This document shows positions 48,402 through 57,428 of a DNA stretch of 64,000 bases, in pieces. The notes below the pieces were generated by a model. That model did not search any database and was not told where the DNA came from. It worked only from the letters and a program-made list of their open reading frames with translations. The stretch is from sequence record MZ681930.1. One strand, given 5' to 3'. The translations under genes and the position numbers were made by a program. The stretch comes from Enterobacteria phage phiC600P9. Every line of letters starts with the position of its first letter. The stretch's first letter is position 1.

Positions 48402-48929
48402 TTATGCGAGTACCGTCTTTAACCGTTCTTCAAACTTCCGAAGAGTATTTTGGCGTTCAGCTCTTTGCTTTTTGTAAGTTTCAATACGCTCTGAAATGAG
48501 AGTGTATCGTTCATTTACTGATTCTTTCATAAAATCAGGAATTTCACGAGAAGCTTTAATCTCGTCAAATTTATCAATAACAGCTTGCTCTTCAGCAATT
48601 AAGTTATCATACATTAAAATATCTTTCTTGATGAACTCAATATCTTCTCGAGTTACACGAGATAATTTAGATGCTTTATCCTTTTTGTACTGTTCGTTAG
48701 TATCACGAGACCAGTGTAATGTACGATTTTTATTCGTATTTTTGTAAATTTCGACAATACCAATCTCATCAATAATAACGATCCAATTCCAACGGGATTT
48801 GTAAATTTGTCCTCCATCAACTGTGATTTCACCTCCGATTGAGATGTCATTAAAGAACTTGCTTTGTGCTTCAGATTTAAATTTACCATCGTTGTAATTT
48901 ACCAAGTTGAAAATATCTTTAGCATTCAT
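48402..48929 (-). CDS. hypothetical protein with C-terminal coiled coil
   Basis: 175-aa ORF. Confidence 0.5.
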   Translation of the reverse strand: MNAKDIFNLVNYNDGKFKSEAQSKFFNDISIGGEITVDGGQIYKSRWNWIVIIDEIGIVEIYKNTNKNRTLHWSRDTNEQYKKDKASKLSRVTREDIEFIKKDILMYDNLIAEEQAVIDKFDEIKASREIPDFMKESVNERYTLISERIETYKKQRAERQNTLRKFEERLKTVLA

Positions 48930-48957
48930 TTTGTGTTCCTCCGTAGTTGATAGTTGT

Positions 48958-48987
48958 ATAGTACCACAGAGGAACAGTCTTGTAAAC
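48958..48987 (-). promoter_or_regulatory. early promoter (GTTTAC-N18-TGGTACTAT)
   Basis: plus strand atagtaccacagaggaacagtcttgtaaac. Confidence 0.5.
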
Positions 48988-48989
48988 CA

Positions 48990-49304
48990 CTAAAAGAAAC
49001 TTCTTTCACAATTTTTTCCACTGAACCATGCGCTTACTGCTTTCTTAGTCTCAGGAGCAGTGTTATCCATAAACCATTCAAAGGCAGCCTTTTTATGATT
49101 CTGGAGGGCTTCTCGGGCTTTAATCTGCTCACGGTCTATTAACACTAACATATGAGCCTTTCTTGTCACCAGGGGCTTCTTATGATTTTTTGAATATTCC
49201 CAATCATTTGTCCATCGCATCGTTGTTGCGAACTGAAATACTGCTTCTTTAATTTTAGTTTCGTAAATTTCACGAGCCTTTGAGTATAACATCATTACCT
49301 CCAT
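48990..49304 (-). CDS. hypothetical protein
   Basis: 104-aa ORF. Confidence 0.5.
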   Translation of the reverse strand: MEVMMLYSKAREIYETKIKEAVFQFATTMRWTNDWEYSKNHKKPLVTRKAHMLVLIDREQIKAREALQNHKKAAFEWFMDNTAPETKKAVSAWFSGKNCERSFF

Positions 49305-49394
49305 TTACCAGTTTAATTCTAGTCATCTTTTTAACGGCAGTCCATATAATCTATTTCTGAACTGCCTTTTTGTCTTAGAAGGCCTCTTATGAAT

Positions 49395-50375
49395 TTATTT
49401 CAGAAGAGTAACCTCAGCGATTTCTTGCCAACCGTTTTTGTCGGTCATAATAAAGTCAGCAAGATACAGAGCAGTACGCAGTGAAACATTGCGTAAACGA
49501 TTAACATTGACTTTCATCCATGATAATGCTTTATAAGTTTCTTCATCAGAAAGACCGCGCTTTTGCATCATGTCGGTTGAAAGAATAACATCTTCAACCC
49601 TGACCATAATTTCTTCATTAGTGTGAACACCCAAATCCAAATAAACTGAGCGGGACACTAATGCTTGTAAATGTGGAGCAAGTTTAGTACCACGGTCTAA
49701 TTCGCGGTCAATGTCAACGTTTGTGATAAAAACAATCGTTCCTTTAAATTCAAACTCACGCTCAATGCCTTTTTCTTCTAAGTAAGAAGATGCGGTGCTC
49801 CAGCAGACTTTACGGGTCTCTCCAGTGTCCAGAGCAGCTTTCAGAAGATTAAGAATGTCCATATCAGAGAAAACATCCACATCATCAATCAAAAGGACAG
49901 AATTCTCTTCACGATTATTCCAAAGCTGTTCATAAAGACCGATACCAGAGATTTTACCATTAATGCTTTTATATTCAATGTATCCATTATCATTTGCTTT
50001 ATTCAAAGCTTTATCTAAAGAATACGTTTTACCAATACCCGCCGCACCAGAGATAATTAATGAACGAATATTTCCGTTAATAATACCATTCGTCATCATT
50101 CCCATAACATTAAATCTTTTATTAATGCGGGTTTTCATATCTTCATATGATTCTTTAACTTCTTCAACTTTTACACCATCATATGAAATGTCTGATTTGT
50201 AAACCCAAACACCGCGACGCTTACCGTCAATTTCAACAAAAACTTTACCATCTCCTTGTGCATCTACCGGAGCATTATCTGGGAACCATTCACCTAAGAG
50301 CTCAAAAGTTCCAGAGATTTCTTTACCGAAGTAGATACCCTTATTGATAGTTACAGTTTTCATTTTATTCTCCAA
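49395..50375 (-). CDS. P-loop AAA-type ATPase
   Basis: 326-aa ORF; Walker A GAAGIGKT, Walker B LLIDDVD. Confidence 0.6.
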   Translation of the reverse strand: MENKMKTVTINKGIYFGKEISGTFELLGEWFPDNAPVDAQGDGKVFVEIDGKRRGVWVYKSDISYDGVKVEEVKESYEDMKTRINKRFNVMGMMTNGIINGNIRSLIISGAAGIGKTYSLDKALNKANDNGYIEYKSINGKISGIGLYEQLWNNREENSVLLIDDVDVFSDMDILNLLKAALDTGETRKVCWSTASSYLEEKGIEREFEFKGTIVFITNVDIDRELDRGTKLAPHLQALVSRSVYLDLGVHTNEEIMVRVEDVILSTDMMQKRGLSDEETYKALSWMKVNVNRLRNVSLRTALYLADFIMTDKNGWQEIAEVTLLK

Positions 50376-50399
50376 TTTTACATTTGTTTTGATAGGGTA

Positions 50400-50429
50400 A
50401 TAGTATCACACTACTACCCTGCTGTAAAC
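50400..50429 (-). promoter_or_regulatory. early promoter (GTTTAC-N18-TACTAT) with overlapping inverted repeat
   Basis: plus strand atagtatcacactactaccctgctgtaaac; agggta...taccct flanks the -10. Confidence 0.45.
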
Positions 50430-50432
50430 AAT

Positions 50433-50696
50433 TTATTTTAATGTTTGCCAAATTTTTACTGCTTCGCGACGAGATACTTCTACGGCGCCAAGTTCTATAG
50501 CTTTTTGGCGTCGCCGAGCGTGTAAGTCATAATGTTTAATGCGTTTATCTTGAAACCAAGAACGTTTCATTCCTATTGCTTCTGCCATTTCGTGAAGCTC
50601 TTCAATATCTCCATCAGTGAACATATGACAATTTTTAGTTGGATGACCGCGAAGTTTCCATCCATGATTCATTAAAACATCTACGTAAACTGTCAT
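50433..50696 (-). CDS. small hypothetical protein
   Basis: 87-aa ORF. Confidence 0.5.
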   Translation of the reverse strand: MTVYVDVLMNHGWKLRGHPTKNCHMFTDGDIEELHEMAEAIGMKRSWFQDKRIKHYDLHARRRQKAIELGAVEVSRREAVKIWQTLK

Positions 50697-50888
50697 TGAT
50701 TCTTCTCCAAATAAGTTTCGATAATTTTCTGGGCGAGATAAACCGCGTTATCTTCAGTTGCGTCTTCTAAGAAACTTTCAAAACACTCTGAAATTTCTTC
50801 TGTATCAATCAACTTTTTTACTTCAATTGGTGTAATTTTCATTTTGTTTTCCGTTTAAGTGTTTGTTTTGATAGTTGTATAGTACCAT

Positions 50889-50913
50889 AAGGGAGCCCGA
50901 AGGCTCCCTATCA
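50889..50913 (-). promoter_or_regulatory. UUCG-tetraloop RNA hairpin at the 3' end of the nucleotidyltransferase gene, abutting a TGGTACTAT -10
   Basis: taagggagcccgaaggctccctta-like inverted repeat. Confidence 0.5.
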
Positions 50914-51924
50914 TTTATAATAACTTCGGTGGTTTTCAAGATAGACCTTCTCAAGGAAGTCATCCCAGAAACCCATGTCCACTTTTTGCTGCATACCGTT
51001 CTTAGAAGCTTCAGTAGATGCTGCTTCTACTTGATCGACCACATCTTCCAAAAACTCTTGAACCGTTTTAAATGGATGTTTACCAAGCTTCACGTCGAGA
51101 ATAAATGGAGCGTCTTGGAGTGGATAGACTAAGTCACCAGTTTTGTAAATTTCCAATAGTTGGAGTCCACCACGACAAGCATGACTCAGAGCTTTCCAGT
51201 CAATACCCTCATTCGCTTCAGCCTTACGAGCACGTTCGCCGTATTCAGCATCTAATTTGTTCAGTGACTGCTTAAGCTCAATAAGAGAAAGTGTTGTCTG
51301 ATATTTACGACCCAACACGGTATAAAACGTTTGTGGGCCTGTTTTCTCATGATTATGGAACACCCATTCACAGAATTCGTTTTCTGGAAGACGATGCTTA
51401 ATATCTTCAACTTTAGTACGACGCTGCTTAATGGAACCGTCTTCTTGGTAATCAACCCATTGCTCAGGGATTTGATTAACTACTTTCAATACATCACGTA
51501 ATGCAGCCAAACGAGAACCCTTGACACCGTATTTAGAAGCTTGCTTACGGACATATCCTAAATAGGATTTCATGTTAGTCGTATAAAAACGAGAACGGTT
51601 GTCTTGAACAAACTTCCACACATCAGGCAAATCAGATTTAACCACTAGTTCAGGTGGAGTGTGAAGCATATCCAATGCTACAGTTTCACCATCTGCTGCT
51701 AATTTAAAGAAATACTTAAGACTATACAATTCGTGGTCAATATCATCTTTAGTGTTTTTAGATGATGTGTTGTTAGTGTTTTTACTCATATGCTCTTTAA
51801 CATTTCCAATAAGAATATCACGAGCAGGAGGAACAAAGATTTCTTTAAAATCTACATCAGATTCTGGAGTAGAAGTTCCATAAAGATGACTACCAAAATA
51901 GCTTTTCATTACTGTTTTCATCAT
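50911..51924 (-). CDS. predicted nucleotidyltransferase (Pol-beta superfamily)
   Basis: 337-aa ORF with N-terminal hG[GS]-x10-DxD signature (FGSHLYGTSTPESDVDF). Confidence 0.55.
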   Translation of the reverse strand: MMKTVMKSYFGSHLYGTSTPESDVDFKEIFVPPARDILIGNVKEHMSKNTNNTSSKNTKDDIDHELYSLKYFFKLAADGETVALDMLHTPPELVVKSDLPDVWKFVQDNRSRFYTTNMKSYLGYVRKQASKYGVKGSRLAALRDVLKVVNQIPEQWVDYQEDGSIKQRRTKVEDIKHRLPENEFCEWVFHNHEKTGPQTFYTVLGRKYQTTLSLIELKQSLNKLDAEYGERARKAEANEGIDWKALSHACRGGLQLLEIYKTGDLVYPLQDAPFILDVKLGKHPFKTVQEFLEDVVDQVEAASTEASKNGMQQKVDMGFWDDFLEKVYLENHRSYYK

Positions 51925-52382
51925 TCAGCCTTATATTCAATAACAGGACATACTTTAGCTTTACGCGCTTTTAAAAATTCGACGATAATAGATTTCTTGG
52001 GTTGAATAGGAGGTAAACCTTTATACGCCCTATCAATATTTTCTGCGTGTAAAGCATAATCCTTTTTCCATTTATAATCTTTATATTTTTCACGCAGTTG
52101 TGCAGGAATAACAAATGAACCGATAATAAGTAAAACAAGCAAAATGGCAAGTATAAATGCTGATGGAATAAGAGTCCATAAACTACCAAAAATAAGCCAT
52201 TTCTGTATGATTTCTGCGCAGATGATAGTTAGACCTACGAGTATAGTACATCCGAAAAAAGAAACGAAAAATGTAGGGATAACAATAGACCAAAAGTATG
52301 CGCACAGCGTCTTAGGTCGTTGCCATTCATCGTTAAACAATTTGAATAATTTATAGTGCCAAGAGTTTTCATTAATAATCAT
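51921..52382 (-). CDS. membrane protein
   Basis: 153-aa ORF with three or more hydrophobic segments. Confidence 0.5.
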   Translation of the reverse strand: MIINENSWHYKLFKLFNDEWQRPKTLCAYFWSIVIPTFFVSFFGCTILVGLTIICAEIIQKWLIFGSLWTLIPSAFILAILLVLLIIGSFVIPAQLREKYKDYKWKKDYALHAENIDRAYKGLPPIQPKKSIIVEFLKARKAKVCPVIEYKAE

Positions 52383-52384
52383 AA

Positions 52385-52906
52385 TTATCCTTTCATTGAA
52401 GGCGTAACGGTTGTTAAATACTTAATCATAGCTTCAGCTTCTGATTTTGATAATGAAATTTCTCCATTGTTTTGACGAATAGAAATAAAATCCGGATGAC
52501 GGTCACCACCAGCTTTTAAAACACACATATAAGTATCAGATTCGTCTTCGATATTTGAAATGATTGAAGCAGTTCCACATGAATGCGGTTTTTGATAAAT
52601 CAATACAGCTTTTCTTCCACCGTTTGACTGTTCATAAACTTTTAACACATCAAACAAATCACTTCTTTTATCAATAGCTAAGATGTTGTTTTCATCTTCA
52701 ATATTAAATCCTTCGGATACTTCATAAAGTGTCACCCATAAATCACCTATATCGATAGTAGCATTTTCCTTTCCATGACTTTCAAGAGCATGACAAATTT
52801 TCTTAATTTCGTCATAACTCATTTTAATAATATCATCTCCTTGAATAAGGAAGATGTCATTTTTAAATTCAACACGAATTAAACCGCTTCCACTTGAAAT
52901 AAACAT
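52385..52906 (-). CDS. hypothetical protein (paralog of next ORF)
   Basis: 173-aa ORF; C-terminus ...EAEAMIKYLTTVTPSMKG resembles ...EAIALKTYLDSVIPTMTSK. Confidence 0.5.
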   Translation of the reverse strand: MFISSGSGLIRVEFKNDIFLIQGDDIIKMSYDEIKKICHALESHGKENATIDIGDLWVTLYEVSEGFNIEDENNILAIDKRSDLFDVLKVYEQSNGGRKAVLIYQKPHSCGTASIISNIEDESDTYMCVLKAGGDRHPDFISIRQNNGEISLSKSEAEAMIKYLTTVTPSMKG

Positions 52907-52912
52907 ATTTCC

Positions 52913-53470
52913 TCACTTTGAAGTCATAGTTGGAATAACAGAATCGAGATAAGTCTTTAACGCAATAGCTTCGTCTTTGGTAAATGTGACAATATGCGAT
53001 CGAAAATCATCAATTTGACGAATAGTTAAGACATCTCCATCTTCATAACATTTTGATACGTTTAAAACAGTTTCATCATTCTGATTGCAAGCGTTAGTAA
53101 TAATAGCATTGCAATTTTTAAACCATTTTAAACTATGTTTTCTTTCATTAGAATAATAAAAATATTTAATCTTATCTATAAAACTATCCCAATGGATAAC
53201 TGATAAGCATATTGACTCGCTTTCAATATTAAATCCTGGGCATGAAGAATAAAAATGAATTTTATGCTCATCATTGATGCTTACTATTTTATCAGTATAA
53301 GGATATTCAATTTGGGTTAAATGAATGATTTCACTAGGCGTAAAATACAGCATATCGTCTTCTTGCGTCAAACGATACATGTTATTTACTTTTTCTATAG
53401 CCAATTCACCAAAAAGCGGACTAACTTCTAATACTAATCGTTTCATATTGATTCTCTTCGACTCACTCAC
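52913..53470 (-). CDS. hypothetical protein (paralog of previous ORF)
   Basis: 185-aa ORF (track start is GTG; true start may be the internal MKRLV). Confidence 0.5.
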   Translation of the reverse strand: MSESKRINMKRLVLEVSPLFGELAIEKVNNMYRLTQEDDMLYFTPSEIIHLTQIEYPYTDKIVSINDEHKIHFYSSCPGFNIESESICLSVIHWDSFIDKIKYFYYSNERKHSLKWFKNCNAIITNACNQNDETVLNVSKCYEDGDVLTIRQIDDFRSHIVTFTKDEAIALKTYLDSVIPTMTSK

Positions 53471-53605
53471 AATTACATACTCCTTTGAATAATATCAATA
53501 ATGTTGTTCACCAGATTATAAGTAAACATTGGGTAATTATATTGAATCATCACATACACAACAAACAAAATTTTCATTCTCTTCTCCTTGACAGTTGACA
53601 AGATT

Positions 53606-53635
53606 ACTATACCATAACCTTGCCAACTTGTAAAC
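53606..53635 (-). promoter_or_regulatory. early promoter (GTTTAC-N18-TGGTATAGT)
   Basis: plus strand actataccataaccttgccaacttgtaaac. Confidence 0.45.
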
Positions 53636-53637
53636 CA

Positions 53638-53811
53638 TTAAATGACGTTTTCAATAAAATTCTGAAGCTTTGTGTGAGCATCAACCATGATTTTCATTTC
53701 TTCCTTTGCGAAAGCTGTACCTCTTTCACGAGAAGAATACTCATAGTCAGAAACTGCATTAGCATATTCTTCAATTAGCTTCATTAAAATCATCTGCTTT
53801 TCAGTTTTCAT
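53638..53811 (-). CDS. small hypothetical protein (hand-called)
   Basis: 57-aa ORF MKTEKQMILMKLIEEYANAVSDYEY...; -35 of the promoter follows its stop. Confidence 0.4.
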   Translation of the reverse strand: MKTEKQMILMKLIEEYANAVSDYEYSSRERGTAFAKEEMKIMVDAHTKLQNFIENVI

Positions 53812-53995
53812 TATTCCACCTAATCATTTCAAGATATTGAACTAACTTAGCTTTGGATTTATCCAAATCCTTTTTAGCTGCTTCTATACCATCGTACGAA
53901 TATCCTTCACAATGCTCAACTGCCAATTGGTATGAATCTATTTCAATATCACGTGCTAATTTAATGATTTTTTCAAACTGTTCACGTGTTAGCAT
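53801..53995 (-). CDS. small hypothetical protein
   Basis: 64-aa ORF. Confidence 0.45.
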   Translation of the reverse strand: MLTREQFEKIIKLARDIEIDSYQLAVEHCEGYSYDGIEAAKKDLDKSKAKLVQYLEMIRWNNEN

Positions 53996-53997
53996 AC

Positions 53998-54237
53998 TTA
54001 AACTCTCGTATTGTGATCGATAATTTCATCAAGAAACATATCTAAAGCTTCTACAGCATTATCAACTTTAGCTTCAAGTTCTTCAGCGCCTTTATTTGCA
54101 ATGCCTGCCGAAAACCAAGCAAAGTCACTAAGTTCCTCATCTGCTTTACGAATTAAAGCTACCAATTCCTTAATTTTATCAGCTTGTTCGATACTAATCA
54201 TTATTCCACCACATATGAAAGAGAGAATATTGCACAC
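53998..54237 (-). CDS. small hypothetical protein
   Basis: 79-aa ORF. Confidence 0.45.
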
Positions 54238-54434
54238 GCCATGTGAGTTGCAACTTCATCACACATATTATAACGTTTCTTAAGAAGTTCTACAAGTTCT
54301 TCACTAGTAACTTCATCCATGTCGACGAAAAAATCACCATTAATAATGACGTAGATATTTCCTTCTTGATTGAGTGCTTCAATTTTCATGATGTTCTCCT
54401 CTTTATCCGATAGTTGTATAGTACCACAGCTCAA
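54201..54434 (-). CDS. small hypothetical protein
   Basis: 77-aa ORF. Confidence 0.45.
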
Positions 54435-54447
54435 ACGGAAAGTAAAC
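54418..54447 (-). promoter_or_regulatory. early promoter (GTTTAC-N18-TGGTACTAT)
   Basis: plus strand atagtaccacagctcaaacggaaagtaaac; part of a repeated cassette (see 14869..14933). Confidence 0.5.
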
Positions 54448-54462
54448 CGGTAAAATGAAAAA

Positions 54463-54480
54463 AGTCTCCCGAAGGAGACT
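54463..54480 (-). promoter_or_regulatory. UUCG-tetraloop hairpin (AGUCUCC-UUCG-GGAGACU)
   Basis: agtctcccgaaggagact inverted repeat. Confidence 0.5.
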
Positions 54481-54484
54481 AATG

Positions 54485-54871
54485 TTATTCGAGGGAAAGA
54501 AGATACTTACTCTGGTAAAACATTCCAGTAATATCATCTATCGTGCTTTGGATGGCTGGAGGCATTTCTTTATAAATGCTGTTAGATTGGTCTAGTATGC
54601 GATCAATCATTTTAATTGTGTCGGTAGGAAGTTTACTAGCATCTGGAATTGAAGGTGTGTATTTTCTACCAGAATACCCCAAATATTGCTCACCAAATTT
54701 ATCAATCAAATCTGGCAACTCGGAGAAAATAAAATCGTATGCTTTGTGTCTAGCATAACTTTTAGTTTCAAAATGTGCAGAATGAAAATAAGCTTGTGCA
54801 GCCATTAATAAACCTAAGTATTCATCTGCCTTTGAAGGTTTTCCACTTTGTGAAAAGTCGCTGAATTTCAT
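54485..54871 (-). CDS. hypothetical protein (rI.-1-like)
   Basis: 128-aa ORF coupled to rI. Confidence 0.5.
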
Positions 54872-55161
54872 TCAGTCTCCAATTTAATGTTCATAATTCT
54901 AGCGTATGATTGTGCCATCTCCGCGCCTCGTTCTATACATTCAAAATCAGAAGAGCACGGGTCATTTTTATAGGTCGTTCTCATAAAACTATAGAATTGT
55001 TCAGACGATTCTACGCTTTTATTTTCAAAAAGCATATAAACGTGTCTAATACCAGATTCCATAAATTTATCAAAATGAGGATCGACATTCGCTTCAATCG
55101 ATGGAGATAAAACAAATGACAATCCTAGCATGGCAAATAGTGCCGTTGCTTTTAAGGCCAT
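54868..55161 (-). CDS. rI: lysis inhibition regulator RI
   Basis: 97-aa ORF with N-terminal signal-anchor, T4 RI length and position. Confidence 0.8.
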   Translation of the reverse strand: MALKATALFAMLGLSFVLSPSIEANVDPHFDKFMESGIRHVYMLFENKSVESSEQFYSFMRTTYKNDPCSSDFECIERGAEMAQSYARIMNIKLETE

Positions 55162-55173
55162 AAAGGCCTCCTA

Positions 55174-55386
55174 TCATTTTTGCCCTGTATTTACTTTATG
55201 CCGATGCACGGCCTTAACTTTATCAAGGTATTTTTCAAAATTTCGCAATCTAGTATAGTCTGCCGGAGATTGGTTGAGTGATACTTCTCGACGCAAAGCT
55301 GAAATGATATTTCCAACTTCCCTACGAATTTCATCTAATTGAAGAACGGTAAGATTGCGAAGTTGCTTTTCAGTTAATTGTAGCAT
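55174..55386 (-). CDS. small hypothetical protein (rI.1-like)
   Basis: 70-aa ORF. Confidence 0.5.
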
Positions 55387-55411
55387 ATATACCCCTTTAG
55401 TTAGATAAACC

Positions 55412-55419
55412 TATTTATA
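55412..55419 (-). promoter_or_regulatory. late promoter TATAAATA upstream of rI.1/rI
   Basis: plus strand tatttata between tk stop and rI.1 start. Confidence 0.45.
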
Positions 55420-55428
55420 ACTTTTGCA

Positions 55429-56010
55429 CTAACCAAGCTTTTTAGTTAATTCATTCCAATGTTTTCTACACAAAGAAACATAAATTTCATCACCAATACA
55501 GATTTGATTACCTTCTTTAACTGGTGTTCCATCTTCCATTAATCGAGCTGTCATAACCGCTTTTTTACCGCAATGACAAACTGCCTTTAGTTCAATAAGT
55601 TTATCTGCAATCGCTAAAAGTTCTTTAGAACCTTCAAACAATTTTCCAGCGAAATCAGTCCTTAATCCATAAGCCATAACAGGAACATTATATGTATCAA
55701 CAATTCGGCTCAATTGATGCACCTGTTCAGTTTTTAAAAACTGAGCTTCATCTACAAATACGCAATGAATATCTTTTTGTGCTTCAGCCCATTTATAGAA
55801 CTCGAAAATATCCATATCATCTGTAATAATATTTGCTTCCTGCCTAATTCCAATGCGAGAAACGACTTCACAAACAGAATCGCGAGTATCAATAGCAGGT
55901 TTAAGAACTAATACACCCATTCCACGTTCTTTATAATTATGTGCAGCAGTCAAAAGAGAAGCAGATTTTCCAGCATTCATTGCTGCATAAGTAAAAATTA
56001 AACTCGCCAT
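55429..56010 (-). CDS. tk: thymidine kinase
   Basis: 193-aa ORF; P-loop AAMNAGKS and C-terminal zinc-binding Cys pairs. Confidence 0.9.
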   Translation of the reverse strand: MASLIFTYAAMNAGKSASLLTAAHNYKERGMGVLVLKPAIDTRDSVCEVVSRIGIRQEANIITDDMDIFEFYKWAEAQKDIHCVFVDEAQFLKTEQVHQLSRIVDTYNVPVMAYGLRTDFAGKLFEGSKELLAIADKLIELKAVCHCGKKAVMTARLMEDGTPVKEGNQICIGDEIYVSLCRKHWNELTKKLG

Positions 56011-56011
56011 T

Positions 56012-56200
56012 TTAATCCTTAGTTAAATTTTCTAAATATGTTTTTAAATCATTTTCAGCTTTATCGATAGATTTTACTAATTCGTAATATGTTTCGGCAT
56101 CTCCATATTCAGAAGATATTTCAAAAGACAAATCCTTTTCTAAACTAATAATTTCACCAACTAAAAATAATATTTCGTTCTTTTGTTCGCGAGTAATCAT
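56012..56200 (-). CDS. small hypothetical protein
   Basis: 62-aa ORF. Confidence 0.45.
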   Translation of the reverse strand: MITREQKNEILFLVGEIISLEKDLSFEISSEYGDAETYYELVKSIDKAENDLKTYLENLTKD

Positions 56201-56382
56201 AAGGAATTTATATAATCAATAAGTTCTTGCTCTTTATCGTCAAAATCTTTACACAGTTCTTCGTATTCGTCAGTATTAAAAGGACCGCATTCATTACAAA
56301 CTTTTTCCAATTCACTATTTTTATCCATAACTTCGTGGATAAGAGAAAAGAGTCTGTCTTTTTGTTCTTTGCTTAGGCTCAT
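56197..56382 (-). CDS. small hypothetical protein
   Basis: 61-aa ORF. Confidence 0.45.
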   Translation of the reverse strand: MSLSKEQKDRLFSLIHEVMDKNSELEKVCNECGPFNTDEYEELCKDFDDKEQELIDYINSL

Positions 56383-56552
56383 ATATTAATTTCCAGAAGT
56401 TTTAAAATAATTCGCTTTTGCTTAAATATTTCCATAGTTAAATGATCAGTATCTTTTTGACCAATTCCAATGGCAAAACCTTTATTAACAGCGAGTTCAA
56501 TTAAATTATCAAGTTCACGTAACACTTCATATTGTAACTCAGAACTATTCAT
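56379..56552 (-). CDS. small hypothetical protein (hand-called)
   Basis: 57-aa ORF MNSSELQYEVLRELDNLIELAVNKG...; ATGA overlaps on both sides. Confidence 0.4.
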   Translation of the reverse strand: MNSSELQYEVLRELDNLIELAVNKGFAIGIGQKDTDHLTMEIFKQKRIILKLLEINI

Positions 56553-56761
56553 TTCGGTTTACCTTCTTTAACGAAATCTGGATAAGGATAAAATCCCGAA
56601 TAAAATCCTTCACCTTTATGATTGATGCATCCTTTATTAGAACAATAGCACCAATAATCGAAATCACAAGCCATTTCATCGTTGCATAAAGCAAAAACAA
56701 CCGGCCATTTACACTTTTCACAGTGGGCATTTTTAAGAATACTAGTTTGGCTCATAACCAT
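56549..56761 (-). CDS. small Cys-rich (zinc-binding-like) protein
   Basis: 70-aa ORF with CEKC...CYC...C. Confidence 0.45.
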   Translation of the reverse strand: MVMSQTSILKNAHCEKCKWPVVFALCNDEMACDFDYWCYCSNKGCINHKGEGFYSGFYPYPDFVKEGKPK

Positions 56762-56979
56762 GTCACCTTTAAGCAGTATTCTTCTACATGCTGTTTACGA
56801 CCTTTCTTATCAATAAAGGTATATTCAACGAATGTTCCAATGTAGTCTTTATCTACGTCATGTGGACTATTAATTGGGCATTTAGTACGGCAAATGCGTT
56901 CCCATTGACGAATAATTACTGCCTTATTCTTTGGGTCATATGGATGTGGATAATGTATATTCATAATAATGGTTCCCAA
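56752..56979 (-). CDS. small hypothetical protein
   Basis: 75-aa ORF. Confidence 0.45.
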   Translation of the reverse strand: MGTIIMNIHYPHPYDPKNKAVIIRQWERICRTKCPINSPHDVDKDYIGTFVEYTFIDKKGRKQHVEEYCLKVTWL

Positions 56980-57428
56980 TCAACAATCACAATTTCTAAT
57001 TTAGAGGAATATGTATCTAAAATCCCCTCAATAATATCCCAGTTCCCTTTACCTATGCCTGCACCAATCCTAGGCATATAGATTGTAGGTTTAATCAGTT
57101 TATTTTCACCAAACTCATTTAATTCTAACATACAATTCATTAAAGCGGAATACTCAAAATTTGGCCCTGGTTGAAATTGAGTATAAAGGTTGAAGCAATA
57201 CGCTTTATGAGTCCTAAAGTATTTTTCATAGACTGAGTAAGAACCGAGTTTAGTTACATCACCCCATTCAGTCTGTAATTTATCAGCTTCCAAAATTTTA
57301 GGGAAAGCTTTGGTTAATTGACCCGCTACTCCTGAACCCATAGTATGAAAACAATTGCATCCATGCGCAATATTTTTACCTTCAGCGAAAAGGGCGACAA
57401 TATCGCCCTTGATATATTTTACAATCAT
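56961..57428 (-). CDS. macro-domain protein (predicted ADP-ribose binding/processing)
   Basis: 155-aa ORF with macro-domain-like motifs (HGCNCFHTMGSGVAGQL, then RIGAGIGKG). Confidence 0.55.
   Translation of the reverse strand: MIVKYIKGDIVALFAEGKNIAHGCNCFHTMGSGVAGQLTKAFPKILEADKLQTEWGDVTKLGSYSVYEKYFRTHKAYCFNLYTQFQPGPNFEYSALMNCMLELNEFGENKLIKPTIYMPRIGAGIGKGNWDIIEGILDTYSSKLEIVIVDWEPLL

Noticed and set aside
49305-49394. Hairpin ggcagt...actgcc followed by a T-run, read as a plus-strand terminator
   Set aside because: Stem is short with a 19-nt loop, and no plus-strand gene ends here; judged weak or fortuitous.
53581-53600. Tandem TTGACA hexamers on the plus strand as a sigma70 -35
   Set aside because: No acceptable -10 at 16-18 bp spacing on the plus strand; the region is better explained by the minus-strand early promoter at 53606..53635.
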